Shown: positions 1 through 9,753 of the stretch, piece after piece | Layout of the letters: each line of letters starts with the position of its first letter | Position numbering within the stretch: position 1 is the first letter of the stretch | Origin: a virus | Taxonomy: Duplodnaviria > Caudoviricetes | Strand: one strand, 5' to 3' | Virus record (IMG/VR): IMGVR_UViG_3300035099_000117 | Coordinates: 1-53,236 of that record | Length of the DNA: 53,236 nucleotides | The notes under the pieces: generated by a model | Databases searched by the model: none | Told to the model about the DNA's origin: nothing | The model's input: the letters and a program-made list of their open reading frames with translations, nothing else | Made by a program: the position numbers and the translations under genes

Positions 1-2200
1 TCGACGTGGGCCGATAGGCAACCGCGCCCGGCTGATTCGAAGTCTCGCCCACGTTCTTCAGCGTGGCGGAATCCGCGATGACGGTCGAGGAGATGTTCGG
101 CTGATAGTTCGCCAGCTCCAGGAACACATAGGCGGGATCGTAGCCCAGCGGTCCGCCCACGATGGTGAGCGAGCCCCACTTGCCCGTCTGCATCATCAGG
201 TCGCCCTGGAGCGGCATCACGAGGCGCGACTCGAACTTCTGCTTCGTGGTCGTGAGTCCGATGCGGTTGATCAGCGTCACGTAGACATCGTTGTCAAGGT
301 TGGCGTCGCGGAAATGCAGCCGCACGCGGAAGCCCGCGCTGATCGCCGGATTCGCCCTGGCCAGGATGGAGAAATAATACGTCCCGCCGGGGAAGATGGC
401 CACGGGATATGACAGGCAAGTCATGTACTGCGTGCTCGGCGCGCCGTGCGCGTCCCCTATGTTCAGTCCCAGCGCGTGAGCGCCTTCCAGTCCCGGCTGC
501 TGCGTGGGGTAGCCGTCCTGGGTATTCTGGTAATAGCTCCACAAATCCGGCAGGCCCACCATCTGCACGCCCGCCTGCTGCAGGTGCGACCAGACCTCCA
601 TCGCGCCGTTCGGGATCAGGTTCACGTCCGAAGGCGGCGCGGGCGTGGCTTGTCCGACGATGGGAATGATGCTCACGCCTGACAACAGGGTCTCCGCCTT
701 CCGAAAGGCCAGCGTAAGGACGGAAAAGATGCCATTCGTCGTCGTGGCGGGATTTCCGTGGCTGAAGTAGTCAATGCGGGAAGTCACGATGCCCAACTGC
801 GCGTCGGTGTAAAACACGATGCAACGCAGGGCGTAATTCGCGCTGAGTCCTGTCGGGATTCCTGTATCGTTGATGATCGTCAGATAGAACAGCTCTGCCC
901 TGTTGTAGGCATAACCATCGGCGGGGCTGGTGGGCAGCGGAACGGCGTTGCCGTTCACCTTGCCGCTGCTCAGGAACGCCTCGGGACGCAGCCGGGCGAA
1001 GTTGATGTTCTGGTTGAGTGTTTTCAGATTCACGTCGGTGGGTGGCTGGCCCGGCACGAACTGGCTGCCATCCGTCTCGACGTAGTTCGAAGCGGGCGGA
1101 CTGATGGCCCCCGGCCCCGCGCGCACGCAGATCGCCATGATGCCGAGCACGCCGTCGTTCGTGTTTATCGGCGTCGTGTTTTGGTGATAATCGACCTGAC
1201 AGTTTACAACCCGGTTCGTGACGGATTTCCGCAGCCGGTACATCCTCGGTGAGGTCACTGACGGCCCCAGAGGAAGCTGCGTCCCAGCTTCGACCGCGCC
1301 GGTGTAATACCACCAGGGCAGGTAGTAGCAGGCATCGCTCGCGGAGTAGGCGTACCCATCGACGGGGCTCACGGGATAGGCCATCGTCTGCCCGTGTTGC
1401 GCGCCGAAACCGACGGCAATCCACAGCACCCCGCCGTCCAGAACGAGTCCGCCCTTCTCGCCCGGCCACTCGGGTTCGAGCGCGCCGCTGGTGCCCGCGA
1501 TCAGGACGTGATACCAGCAGCCATCCTCGTGCCCGTAGTTGGGCTGTCGGATGTCGCCGGACGAATAGGCGTGGCTGGGCTGCCAGAAGGCCGCTCCCGA
1601 GCCGTTCAGGATGAACGCCTCGACTTTCGGCACAGATGCCCGCGCATTGTCATTCAGCTTGCGAATGCGCGCCTGGGTCAGCGCGTTGTCCGTGTTGAAC
1701 TGGGAATCCGCAATCGCGGCAAAGCTGGGCGAGCCCGCGATCCCGAGTCGGCCCCGCCCGCGCTGCCCGACGACCCAAACGCCCAGCGTGCCCTGATTGG
1801 TGTTCGTCCAGGTTTCTCCCGGAACGTAGTAGGCCTCCATGATGGAGGCTTTGCCCGTCTTCTGATTCAGCCTGTAGCTGCCCAAGACGAAGCCGCCCGG
1901 ACCGGCGGGCAGGCCCGACACCGGATCAACGGTGGTGCGGATCTCGGGAAGGTAGAGCAGTTCGCTCCGACGATAGCTGTAGCCATCAACCGCCGACACG
2001 CATTTGTCGAGCGGCACCTCCTGACCATCGGCAACCTCGAAGTAGAAGATTTCGAAGCCGACGCAGGCGAAATCGGCGTTGGACTGGATGGCGCTGAGCG
2101 CGAGCTGGTTGGCGATCTTCCCCGCCGCCAGCAGGGAATCCGGCAGGTCGTTGTATCCGGCCACGGTGGCGAGTTGGAAGAGGCTGCGTTGCGTGCTCAT
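1..2200 (-). CDS. Tail fibre / receptor-binding-type protein, truncated by the window edge (missing from the ORF track)
   Basis: Hand translation from ATG at 2200 (overlaps the upstream stop as ATGA): MSTQRSLFQLATVAGYNDLPDS... No stop found before the window edge. Three internal repeats (S-[AP]-[VA]-DGY-x-Y), a WQPSHAYSSGD insert and an NLIPNGAMEVW carbohydrate-binding-like start. Confidence 0.75.
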   Translation of the reverse strand, partial: MSTQRSLFQLATVAGYNDLPDSLLAAGKIANQLALSAIQSNADFACVGFEIFYFEVADGQEVPLDKCVSAVDGYSYRRSELLYLPEIRTTVDPVSGLPAGPGGFVLGSYRLNQKTGKASIMEAYYVPGETWTNTNQGTLGVWVVGQRGRGRLGIAGSPSFAAIADSQFNTDNALTQARIRKLNDNARASVPKVEAFILNGSGAAFWQPSHAYSSGDIRQPNYGHEDGCWYHVLIAGTSGALEPEWPGEKGGLVLDGGVLWIAVGFGAQHGQTMAYPVSPVDGYAYSASDACYYLPWWYYTGAVEAGTQLPLGPSVTSPRMYRLRKSVTNRVVNCQVDYHQNTTPINTNDGVLGIMAICVRAGPGAISPPASNYVETDGSQFVPGQPPTDVNLKTLNQNINFARLRPEAFLSSGKVNGNAVPLPTSPADGYAYNRAELFYLTIINDTGIPTGLSANYALRCIVFYTDAQLGIVTSRIDYFSHGNPATTTNGIFSVLTLAFRKAETLLSGVSIIPIVGQATPAPPSDVNLIPNGAMEVWSHLQQAGVQMVGLPDLWSYYQNTQDGYPTQQPGLEGAHALGLNIGDAHGAPSTQYMTCLSYPVAIFPGGTYYFSILARANPAISAGFRVRLHFRDANLDNDVYVTLINRIGLTTTKQKFESRLVMPLQGDLMMQTGKWGSLTIVGGPLGYDPAYVFLELANYQPNISSTVIADSATLKNVGETSNQPGAVAYRPTS

Positions 2201-3552
2201 GGGAAAAGTGGATGCCCCGGCGTCCCGTCTGAATACTTTTTCGTCGTGTTGTCCGCGATGAAAGAATACGTTGCCTTCTCCGTCGGCGAGGCGCTGGTCC
2301 ATGCCGGCGTGCCGTCCGGCGCGATCAGGTACGGGCCCTGCGCGAGATAATTCACGTCGATCAGATTCAAGCTGACCGTGCCCCGCTGCCAGTCCGGCGC
2401 AACGCCGCAGACCTCGAACATCTCGCCGGTCATGCTCTCCGCCCCGGTGAGTTTGTTCTTGATCTGCGCGTGCGTCACCGTCACCAGATCGCCCGGTTCG
2501 AGTTTGATTCCTTCCCAGTCCGCATCCGGTTGCAGGATGCCCGGTCGCAAACCGTACCGCTGGAAGAGCGTCCAAGCCACCAGGCGGGCATACAGCGCCC
2601 CGCCCAAAGGCGACCGCAAACCCTTCGCCTGAATGATGTCCTGCGCCGGCAGGCCGTAGACGTTCACCCCCGGCGCGTATAGTGAATCAATGCCAGAATT
2701 GAAGTTGCTGCCGTCATAATCCAGCCGGTAGGAAACGACGTTGTAATAGTCGCCCGCCGTCTCCACGGGCAGCGGCGACTGGATGTTGTTCGCGGTCAAT
2801 GCCAGGGCGATGACCGGGGCCGTCTGCGCGGCGTGGAAGTGCGGCGTGTAGCGCCCGAGATAGTCCCAGAATCCGAAGCCGAAAAAGGGCTTGAAGAGTT
2901 CCGTTTTCAGGAATTCGTCGGCCTGCGGCGGCTTGTCCAAGCTGAATTCCATCGTCAAGCCGGGAAAGAGATTCGTCTTGTAGGCGGCGATGACGGCGGT
3001 GTTCAGCCATCCGGCGGGATAGCCGATCTCGTTCTCCAGGATGTCCACCAGGATGTCCATCGGATTCGCCACGACGGTGCGCTTGTGGTCCTGCGAAGTC
3101 GGATAGCCATCGTCGCCCGTCTGGTAGATGACGTTGTTAAGCTCGACGCCGAGGTCGCGCAGCACGAAATCGTAAATCGTGCCGCGCTCGGCCACCTCCA
3201 CCTTGTCGATCTTCATCACAGCGACGGTGGCGAAATCGCTCTGCGGAAGTTCCCGGAAGCCGGTCTTGAGCGTGGCCACCGCGCCCTCGAAGATGATGGA
3301 TTGGAGATCGCGGCTGATTGTTCCGTCCTTGTCCAGCACGCGGACCGTCAGTTCGCTCCGCGAGGCCGAGCCGTTCAGGCAATCGGCGTCCAAGCTTCCC
3401 CCGGAAATCTCCTGAATCCAGGGGTGCTGCCCCGGAACGTTCGTGGTCTGCGAGGTGAACACGCGACTATATCCCGCGATCTCCAGCAGGTGGACGCGGC
3501 GCTTGTCCTTCAAGGCGTTGAATTTCGCGAAGTTGGCGCTCAGTGGAATCAT
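2197..3552 (-). CDS. Tail tip / baseplate hub-like protein
   Basis: 451 aa directly downstream of the tape measure gene; ends with a typical LEPGDLVTVTH...FEVCGV motif. Confidence 0.65.
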   Translation of the reverse strand: MIPLSANFAKFNALKDKRRVHLLEIAGYSRVFTSQTTNVPGQHPWIQEISGGSLDADCLNGSASRSELTVRVLDKDGTISRDLQSIIFEGAVATLKTGFRELPQSDFATVAVMKIDKVEVAERGTIYDFVLRDLGVELNNVIYQTGDDGYPTSQDHKRTVVANPMDILVDILENEIGYPAGWLNTAVIAAYKTNLFPGLTMEFSLDKPPQADEFLKTELFKPFFGFGFWDYLGRYTPHFHAAQTAPVIALALTANNIQSPLPVETAGDYYNVVSYRLDYDGSNFNSGIDSLYAPGVNVYGLPAQDIIQAKGLRSPLGGALYARLVAWTLFQRYGLRPGILQPDADWEGIKLEPGDLVTVTHAQIKNKLTGAESMTGEMFEVCGVAPDWQRGTVSLNLIDVNYLAQGPYLIAPDGTPAWTSASPTEKATYSFIADNTTKKYSDGTPGHPLFP

Positions 3553-5648
3553 GTTCTCGTCACCGGGGTCGCGAGGGTGGCCGAAGAGATCAGGCGGATG
3601 GTGCCTCGCTGGACGTTCTGGCTGATCTGGCCGACGAACTGGGCCAAGTCGCGCGCGCCCACCACCCCGCCCTGCACCGTGATGTTGATGGTCGTCCCGC
3701 CCGCTGCTCCGCCTACCGGCGCGCCGCGCGGAACCATGTAGGTCCGACTCTCGCCGCCGTATCCGCCCATGCCGCCATAAGCGCCCGCGCCTCCGGCATA
3801 TCCACCTACCGCGCCGCCTCCACCGCCCGCTTTGGCCGCAGTGACGATGTATTGCGCGGCGGCAAGGGCGTGCATCGTGCCGCCCCAGAAATCCCCCGTG
3901 GCGTAGGCGGCAATAGATCGCGCTGTCTCCCAGGCAGCTTCTACTATGGCCGCGGCGCGGCGGAAACCAAGTACCTCAAGCAGTGCCGCGCCCTGCATAA
4001 CGACGGCGTTCGCCTGCTGAACTGTTTCCTGCTCCAGGGCGAGCGCACGCTGCTGCGCGAGAGCTACCGTCAGCTCAGTATAGGCTCTCTCGTTGGCCTC
4101 CATCTGGGCACGGGTAGCGTGGTGCTGGACGGCCTCCCGCCGCAAGGCCTGGATCTCGCCTTCCGCCGCAGCCATCTGACGCTCGTACTGTAATTGGATG
4201 CGCCGACGCGCTGGCAGTTCGTTCGTCTGCATTTCACTGACTAAGGCCTTGGTGGATATCAAGTGGCGTCCCAGGGCGCTGTTCATCGTGTTCATGTCGA
4301 GAACAATGCGCCGCACCGCCGGATCCCAGCCCTTCATGGCCAGGTTGGTGATCTCGACCTGTTCATCCTTCAATCGTGCCAGATGGAAGTCGCCCCAGCG
4401 TTTTTCCGTGGCACGCAGCTCGATTTCCTTGTCAATCGTCCGTTTCCAGGCTGCCACGCGCCGGGTGGCGGCTTCCTCGGCTGCTGCCGCGTGGCGGCGT
4501 TCGGTGGCCAAAGCTGCCGCCGCATGCCGCTCATGCGCCGCAAATGTCCGCTCCTCGGCCTTGGCTTTCTTATCCTCAGCCTTCTCAGCTTGATCCGCCA
4601 CTTCGCGCAGCGCTGCCGCATCCTTGTTGCGCTGCGTCCTGAGCGCAATGAGTTGATTCGTCAATCTCTGGGATTCTTCCCGAGCTCGGCGAAGCTGGTT
4701 TATGCGATTCTCGTGCATGGGTGCGCCCATGCTCAGCGCGGCCATGTCACCAAGATCAGCATCCTTGGTTTGTTCGAGAGATCGTATAAGCCTCTGCTGC
4801 GCCTGAATCGCATCGTTTGTCGCTTTGATCCGCGCGTCACTGACAGCTATGGCCGCCTTGATTTCCATCATCACGTATTCGTGTTCTTTTTTGGCACGCA
4901 GTTCACGATCCTTGATCTCACTGTACAAAGCCTTCGCCGTCTCTTCAGCGACCTGCCGGATGTTCTCTCCCGCCTCCTTCGTGAACTTGATGGCCTCGGC
5001 CATCGTGTCTTTGTAGATTTTCGTGAACCCGCCCAGCCAGTCGCCAGCCTCTCGGATCTTGCCGATCACCTTGTCCATGTTCTCGACGAAGAGCATGAGA
5101 ATACCGACACTGAAGGCATATTGGAGCAGCGGCCCGATAAGTTCGCTTCGGGCGAGCATGGCGTTTATGGCTCGCGGCATGTGGATGCCGAACTGCCGCT
5201 CCAGGATCATCGCCGAAGCCTGAGCCTGGCGAAGTTGGTTTCCGGTGCGTCCCAAGCCCTGATTAAATAGTTCATTCTCAGCCAAGGCCCGCGCGTGGAG
5301 GGTTTCCAGATGCGCTTGAAAAGCCCCGGCAGCCATTTGCGCCTTGCTCATTCCGCCCGCGACTGCGGTCGGGGCCGTGCCTCCAAAAGCCACCGCTATT
5401 TCCCTGCCCGCCTGCTCGCCGCCGAGACCCAGTTTCTTGTAGCCCAGAGCGGCTTCCTCCGCCGTCGCGCCCGCTTGCCTGAACGACTCGGCGATGGTCT
5501 TGCCCATCTGGACGGCGGTGGCGTTGACGCTCTTCGCCGTCCGCTGCATGGTTCCGTCTATGGACGTCCCCATCTGCGCCATCTGACTTTCGGCCTGCGC
5601 CGTGTCGGCAGTGGCTTCAAAAGCAACGGAGATCGCATTTTCTGCCAT
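3549..5648 (-). CDS. Tape measure protein
   Basis: 699 aa, Ala/Gln/Glu-rich helical protein; Gly-rich C-terminus with TTINITVQGGVVG; follows the tail chaperone pair. Confidence 0.85.
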   Translation of the reverse strand: MAENAISVAFEATADTAQAESQMAQMGTSIDGTMQRTAKSVNATAVQMGKTIAESFRQAGATAEEAALGYKKLGLGGEQAGREIAVAFGGTAPTAVAGGMSKAQMAAGAFQAHLETLHARALAENELFNQGLGRTGNQLRQAQASAMILERQFGIHMPRAINAMLARSELIGPLLQYAFSVGILMLFVENMDKVIGKIREAGDWLGGFTKIYKDTMAEAIKFTKEAGENIRQVAEETAKALYSEIKDRELRAKKEHEYVMMEIKAAIAVSDARIKATNDAIQAQQRLIRSLEQTKDADLGDMAALSMGAPMHENRINQLRRAREESQRLTNQLIALRTQRNKDAAALREVADQAEKAEDKKAKAEERTFAAHERHAAAALATERRHAAAAEEAATRRVAAWKRTIDKEIELRATEKRWGDFHLARLKDEQVEITNLAMKGWDPAVRRIVLDMNTMNSALGRHLISTKALVSEMQTNELPARRRIQLQYERQMAAAEGEIQALRREAVQHHATRAQMEANERAYTELTVALAQQRALALEQETVQQANAVVMQGAALLEVLGFRRAAAIVEAAWETARSIAAYATGDFWGGTMHALAAAQYIVTAAKAGGGGGAVGGYAGGAGAYGGMGGYGGESRTYMVPRGAPVGGAAGGTTINITVQGGVVGARDLAQFVGQISQNVQRGTIRLISSATLATPVTRT

Positions 5649-5652
5649 TGTT

Positions 5653-5838
5653 CTACTCGTCGCCTCTTGCTTGCTTTTCCATCTGCTCGTTCTCCCAGTC
5701 TCTCAGCCGGATCGCGGCTGCCGCGTCGATCTGCCAAGCCAGTGCGCCGCGCTCCAGGATCTCGCTCGGGAGCTTCCCGAATATCTGCCCGACCTGCGCC
5801 AGCAGAATCAGGTCAGGGCTCGACAGGAACTCCCGCAA
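5653..5838 (-). CDS. Tail assembly chaperone C-terminal extension (gpT-like frame)
   Basis: Short ORF overlapping the end of the chaperone in the +1 frame (AQVGQIFGKLPSEIL...AWQIDAAAA), immediately before the tape measure gene. Confidence 0.6.
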   Translation of the reverse strand: MREFLSSPDLILLAQVGQIFGKLPSEILERGALAWQIDAAAAIRLRDWENEQMEKQARGDE

Positions 5839-6274
5839 CTTCTCGCCGAACGGACCTCCCGTCGCGGTCTATGACGCCCGCCAGGTAGTTGACGATGAAC
5901 TCCGCATCGCGCTCATCGAGGTCTATCGGGTCAAGCTCGCCCGCCTCCTTGTTCGCCGGACGCCGGATCTTCGGCTGCAGGACGCAGTCCTCGATCATCT
6001 TGCGGCGATGCTCGTGGAACGCCGTCATTTCTTCCGGCGTGCGCGGCACCGGGGCGGGAGAAGCCGTGTCCAGCGGATTCCAGTTAACGGCACGCTCGAT
6101 CAGTTGCGCGGGCAAGGACCCGGTGTTCTCTCCGTACCAGAACAGGTTCGGCCTGCGAATGAGGAACACCGCGCCCGAAGGCAGCTTGACCTCGTACTGC
6201 TCCGCTTGCTTGCGCATGTATTCCTCGGCGCTCACCGCGCCGTTCCCGGCGGCTTTCTCGACAATCTCTTCCAT
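5813..6274 (-). CDS. Tail assembly chaperone (gpG-like)
   Basis: ATG at 6274 with AGGAGGGAG RBS; EVKLPSGAVFLIRRP motif; lies between the tail tube and tape measure genes; ends CCC TGA. Confidence 0.7.
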   Translation of the reverse strand: MEEIVEKAAGNGAVSAEEYMRKQAEQYEVKLPSGAVFLIRRPNLFWYGENTGSLPAQLIERAVNWNPLDTASPAPVPRTPEEMTAFHEHRRKMIEDCVLQPKIRRPANKEAGELDPIDLDERDAEFIVNYLAGVIDRDGRSVRREVAGVPVEP

Positions 6275-6286
6275 GTCTCCCTCCTG

Positions 6287-6322
6287 AAAAAGCGAAAGGC
6301 GGGGATGGTTTCCCCGCCTCTC
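6287..6322 (-). terminator. Intrinsic terminator-like hairpin
   Basis: GAGAGGCGGGGA-AACCA-TCCCCGCCTTTC followed by GCTTTTT, just upstream of the chaperone RBS. Confidence 0.45.
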
Positions 6323-6406
6323 ATCGAATAGGGTGGCAGGAGCACGAGGATCGCTCGCTCGCCCTGCCGTGACCATGCGTGATTTCTTTTTGCTCGTTCC
6401 GAAACG

Positions 6407-6628
6407 CTACTTCGGGTCTTGCTCTCTCGCCTCGTGCCGCGCAAAGCCGATTTTCAACTCCTCCAATTCTCCGTTCCTCAGCTCATGCGCGCGCGTGTGC
6501 TGTCTTATCCACTCCTTGATCGCGTTGATGTCGGCCCCGATGCGCGTCCAACTGACGCCGAAGCCGAAAATCATGACGCACAGAATGATGACGTTCCCGA
6601 CCGTTATTTCGCCGGAGAGATGCATCAC
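6407..6628 (-). CDS. Small single-TM protein with coiled coil (holin/hemolysin XhlA-like architecture)
   Basis: ITVGNVIILCVMIFGFGVSW hydrophobic helix followed by a charged coiled coil. Confidence 0.5.
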   Translation of the reverse strand: MMHLSGEITVGNVIILCVMIFGFGVSWTRIGADINAIKEWIRQHTRAHELRNGELEELKIGFARHEAREQDPK

Positions 6629-6635
6629 CGCCCCG

Positions 6636-7454
6636 CTACTTATGCCGCCGCGCGTTGATCGTGCCGTAAGCCTTCAAGGTGCTCGCCGTGAAGGTCGCTT
6701 TCGCCACCAAATAGACCGTGGTGGTCGTGGTGAGATTGAGCCGCACGACCGGCGTAGGCAGCGCCGATTCGGGCGCGGCACCGGGCACTTGGGCCGCCAT
6801 CGTCAGGCTGGAGAAAGTGTCCTGCGCCCCGAGGGTCGCCGAAGTCGTGCTGATTCCCTGCGTCTGGTTCGTGATGCTGGTCGTGCCTGTCGGCGTGTAA
6901 TCGACCACGCCCCAAACGTCCCAGTCGCCGGCTCCCAAACTGATGCTGGTCACGTTCGCAACCGTCGCCGTGGTCAAGGACACCGATGAGCCCGTCGCCA
7001 CCGTGTTCGTCACGAACTCCGGGTTCTGGGGAATCGCTCCAGGCAAAGCGAGCGAGGCCGGGAAGATCGCCGTGATCTTGCTATCGGCCCCGGTGGTGAC
7101 CAAAGCCACCACGACGTTGCCCGCAGCCGCAGCCGTGCCGTAGGCGTTGCTCTTCGCCAGCGCCGTGCCCGAGCCCGGCCAATAGATGTACGCGCAGGCG
7201 TCCGTCCCGGCGATGATGCTCGCCGTCGAGCAGTCCGTCTTGGACGCGCCCAGGGTCGTGAGCGTTCCTGCCACAATAGAGTTGGCGTGCCCGGCATCAT
7301 AGATGCTGCCCGCTGTGTACGTCAATGTCGCCGTGCCGACGCCCGTCATGCGCGGTGCGGCCAGGCCGCCCAGGTAGGCTTTGTAGCTCACCTGCGCGAA
7401 CAGCGAGGCCGCAAACAGCAGCGCCGTCGCCAGAAATCCGAGTTTCTTCAGCAT
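6636..7454 (-). CDS. Secreted beta-rich protein with a tail-fibre-like C-terminal domain
   Basis: Sec signal MLKKLGFLATALLFAASLFA|Q; GGAGG RBS; Thr/Ala/Gly-rich; C-terminal SLTTATVANVTSISLGAGDWDV...AYGTINARR. Confidence 0.65.
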   Translation of the reverse strand: MLKKLGFLATALLFAASLFAQVSYKAYLGGLAAPRMTGVGTATLTYTAGSIYDAGHANSIVAGTLTTLGASKTDCSTASIIAGTDACAYIYWPGSGTALAKSNAYGTAAAAGNVVVALVTTGADSKITAIFPASLALPGAIPQNPEFVTNTVATGSSVSLTTATVANVTSISLGAGDWDVWGVVDYTPTGTTSITNQTQGISTTSATLGAQDTFSSLTMAAQVPGAAPESALPTPVVRLNLTTTTTVYLVAKATFTASTLKAYGTINARRHK

Positions 7455-7515
7455 GTTTTTCCTCCGTCTACGATACTGGAAATCAAGTCAAGCGCCATAT
7501 CAATTTGACCGGCAA

Positions 7516-8130
7516 CTATAGCTGGCGGTAGCTTGAGCCAACCTGATCGCCGACCGCTCTGGTCGTGACCGCCAAGCCGTCGAACCGACCCTTCACGATG
7601 ACTTCTTTCGTGCGCGTGTACTGCCGTTCCAGCAGCGACACGCCCTTCGTGCTGTAGAGCACCGCGACTTCGTACTTCCCCGGAGCGGAATAGCCCCGGA
7701 TGGGAGAGATGACGGCGACGGAATGGCTCGGATAGGCGACAAGGCCGCCGAACGTCATCTTCTCGTACTGCTGCGCGCCAGCCGGAAGGCCCGGATCGGT
7801 CCCCGTCGAGTACGTCGCGTGCCCCAAGAACTTTATCAGCTTCGAGAACGCCGAGGACTTGAGGCTGAATTCGATGTAGGCGGTCTCCGCCGTCATCACC
7901 TTGTCGATGGGTGCCGTCACCTGGTCGGCCAGGATCAGTTCTTCTTTGGCCGAAGCGTGGAACGTTGCATGACCGTCGCCCGGCCCCATGCCGAACGGCG
8001 AGCCGCCTTGCGGGATGCCGTCCGCGTCCACAAGCAGTAGGCTGCCTTCCGCCGGAACCGCCACATCCACCCACAGGAATCCCGGCCCTACGTGGATTTC
8101 GTTTGCAGTTATCAGATAAGGCATGGTCAC
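7516..8130 (-). CDS. Major tail (tube) protein
   Basis: 204 aa; N-terminal NEIHVGPGFLWV and beta-rich pattern typical of siphovirus tube proteins; expected position. Confidence 0.7.
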   Translation of the reverse strand: MTMPYLITANEIHVGPGFLWVDVAVPAEGSLLLVDADGIPQGGSPFGMGPGDGHATFHASAKEELILADQVTAPIDKVMTAETAYIEFSLKSSAFSKLIKFLGHATYSTGTDPGLPAGAQQYEKMTFGGLVAYPSHSVAVISPIRGYSAPGKYEVAVLYSTKGVSLLERQYTRTKEVIVKGRFDGLAVTTRAVGDQVGSSYRQL

Positions 8131-8352
8131 CTACCCTTCGATCACCGCGAAGCCGAGTTCGACCAATCCGCGCAGATTCTCGTCCACGGGTTTTTGCTCG
8201 GCGTCGAGTTCCGCTTCGATCAGCTCGCCGTCGCGATATTCGACCCGCGCGCCGTCAACGGGGGAGTTGATCCAGCGGCTTCCTGGCACGAGCTTGAGCC
8301 TCACTTTGCCCGTCACGGTTTCGCCCATCGTCGCTTTTCTCCTCGCCGCCAT
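8131..8352 (-). CDS. Hypothetical virion-associated protein
   Basis: 73 aa, tightly packed in the structural operon. Confidence 0.55.
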   Translation of the reverse strand: MAARRKATMGETVTGKVRLKLVPGSRWINSPVDGARVEYRDGELIEAELDAEQKPVDENLRGLVELGFAVIEG

Positions 8353-8354
8353 CC

Positions 8355-9170
8355 CTATGCCGCGCTTATTGCCCTATCGGGCAAGATCACCAAGCTGAAC
8401 GTGTCCCCCGTGACTCCGCCCGAGATGCTGACCAGGGCCGTGCAATCGCTGAAAGTCAGCGTCACATCGTTTCCCGCCGTCAGATAGTTGTTCGTGGTCA
8501 TATTCACCGTGAACGTCACGCTGGTCGCGACGCCCGACTTCGTGCAGGTCATGGTGAGCGTGGTGCTCGTGAGTCCTTCGGTTTTCGTGTTCAGGACGGC
8601 GATCTTGCCTCTGCCGTACAGCGTCAGATCGAGCGCCGCAACGTGCGTGAACGTCGCGCTGGTCGCCCCGGTCACGGCGAGCGTCGCCAGCGTGAAGGGC
8701 GTCGGCACGAAGACGTTCCCTGGCGAGAGATCGCCGAAATACCGATTGAACAGCCCGTGTGCCCTCACGGTCGGAGCAGAGGCGTTCAGAACGCGCAGCA
8801 TCGCGTCCAGCCCCGAAAGGTCGCCCGACGCCAGAGAATTGTATCGCAGCGCGTGAGTGTCGAGCGCCTGCCTCAGCGCGGCCCAGAAATTGTAGCCGAG
8901 GCTTCCCAGCGCGGGCTGAGCGTCGTTGAGCGCGACCACGGGCGGGATGAAATCCTCCTGCTGATGAGCGTCCGTGAATCCGCCGACCAGAGTTTGAAGC
9001 GCCGCGAGCACGTCGGTGTCCGCCACGGCGATGCCGGCATTCGGGCTGGTCGCGGTGTACACGCCCCCGGTGGCTACCGCCGAAGCCAGCGGGGTGCCCC
9101 CCGCCTCGGCTGCCCAGCGCGCCATGCGGTCCAAAATCGTGCTGAGGTTCGCATTCGATATTTGCGCCAT
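8355..9170 (-). CDS. Putative structural (neck/tail) protein
   Basis: 271 aa with a Thr/Ala-rich beta C-terminus, within the head-tail operon. Confidence 0.6.
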   Translation of the reverse strand: MAQISNANLSTILDRMARWAAEAGGTPLASAVATGGVYTATSPNAGIAVADTDVLAALQTLVGGFTDAHQQEDFIPPVVALNDAQPALGSLGYNFWAALRQALDTHALRYNSLASGDLSGLDAMLRVLNASAPTVRAHGLFNRYFGDLSPGNVFVPTPFTLATLAVTGATSATFTHVAALDLTLYGRGKIAVLNTKTEGLTSTTLTMTCTKSGVATSVTFTVNMTTNNYLTAGNDVTLTFSDCTALVSISGGVTGDTFSLVILPDRAISAA

Positions 9171-9177
9171 CAGAACC

Positions 9178-9750
9178 TCACTTTGCCCTCGCCAATGGAT
9201 TCCCCTCTTCGATCTCGACCGTCACGACCAGCGTCACCAGCATCGCCAGAAGCGAGGAACGCGCCCGCCGCAGCTCGCCGTAATCTATCGAGGCAACGAA
9301 CAGCCGCGTCACGTTCGTGACTGACGCGTCCATCTGCACGGTCGCGGCTGGAGATGCGAATCCACTTATCGGCGGCAACTGCAAGGGTGTGTAGAAATCC
9401 GCCAGCTCGATGCTGTTCAGGATCCTGTCCAAAGCCAGCGCGTAATCCTCGGCAAGCTCGGCCAGCAGATTCGGGTCGGAGTGCGTGACGCCCGCCGCGA
9501 CGAACAGCGCGACGGTCTGCTTGCGCGTCAGCTCTGAACCGGCATCGAACACGTCCGAGGCCGGCGCTATCAGCACGCAGGGCCACTGGCGAATCGGGGC
9601 AAGCGCGATCTGGAATTCCTGGAACTGATACTGCGATGCCGCAAGCCCGACCGAAGCGAGTGCCGCTCCCTGGTCGCGGTAGATTATCGCCGCCAGCTGG
9701 CGAATCAGCGGCTTGACGAGCTGCGCGCTGTAATACGGTGTCCAACCCAT
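9178..9750 (-). CDS. Tail completion / terminator-like protein
   Basis: 190 aa; QWPCVLIAP motif and alternating helix/strand pattern; located before the tube gene. Confidence 0.55.
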   Translation of the reverse strand: MGWTPYYSAQLVKPLIRQLAAIIYRDQGAALASVGLAASQYQFQEFQIALAPIRQWPCVLIAPASDVFDAGSELTRKQTVALFVAAGVTHSDPNLLAELAEDYALALDRILNSIELADFYTPLQLPPISGFASPAATVQMDASVTNVTRLFVASIDYGELRRARSSLLAMLVTLVVTVEIEEGNPLARAK

Positions 9751-9753
9751 TCA

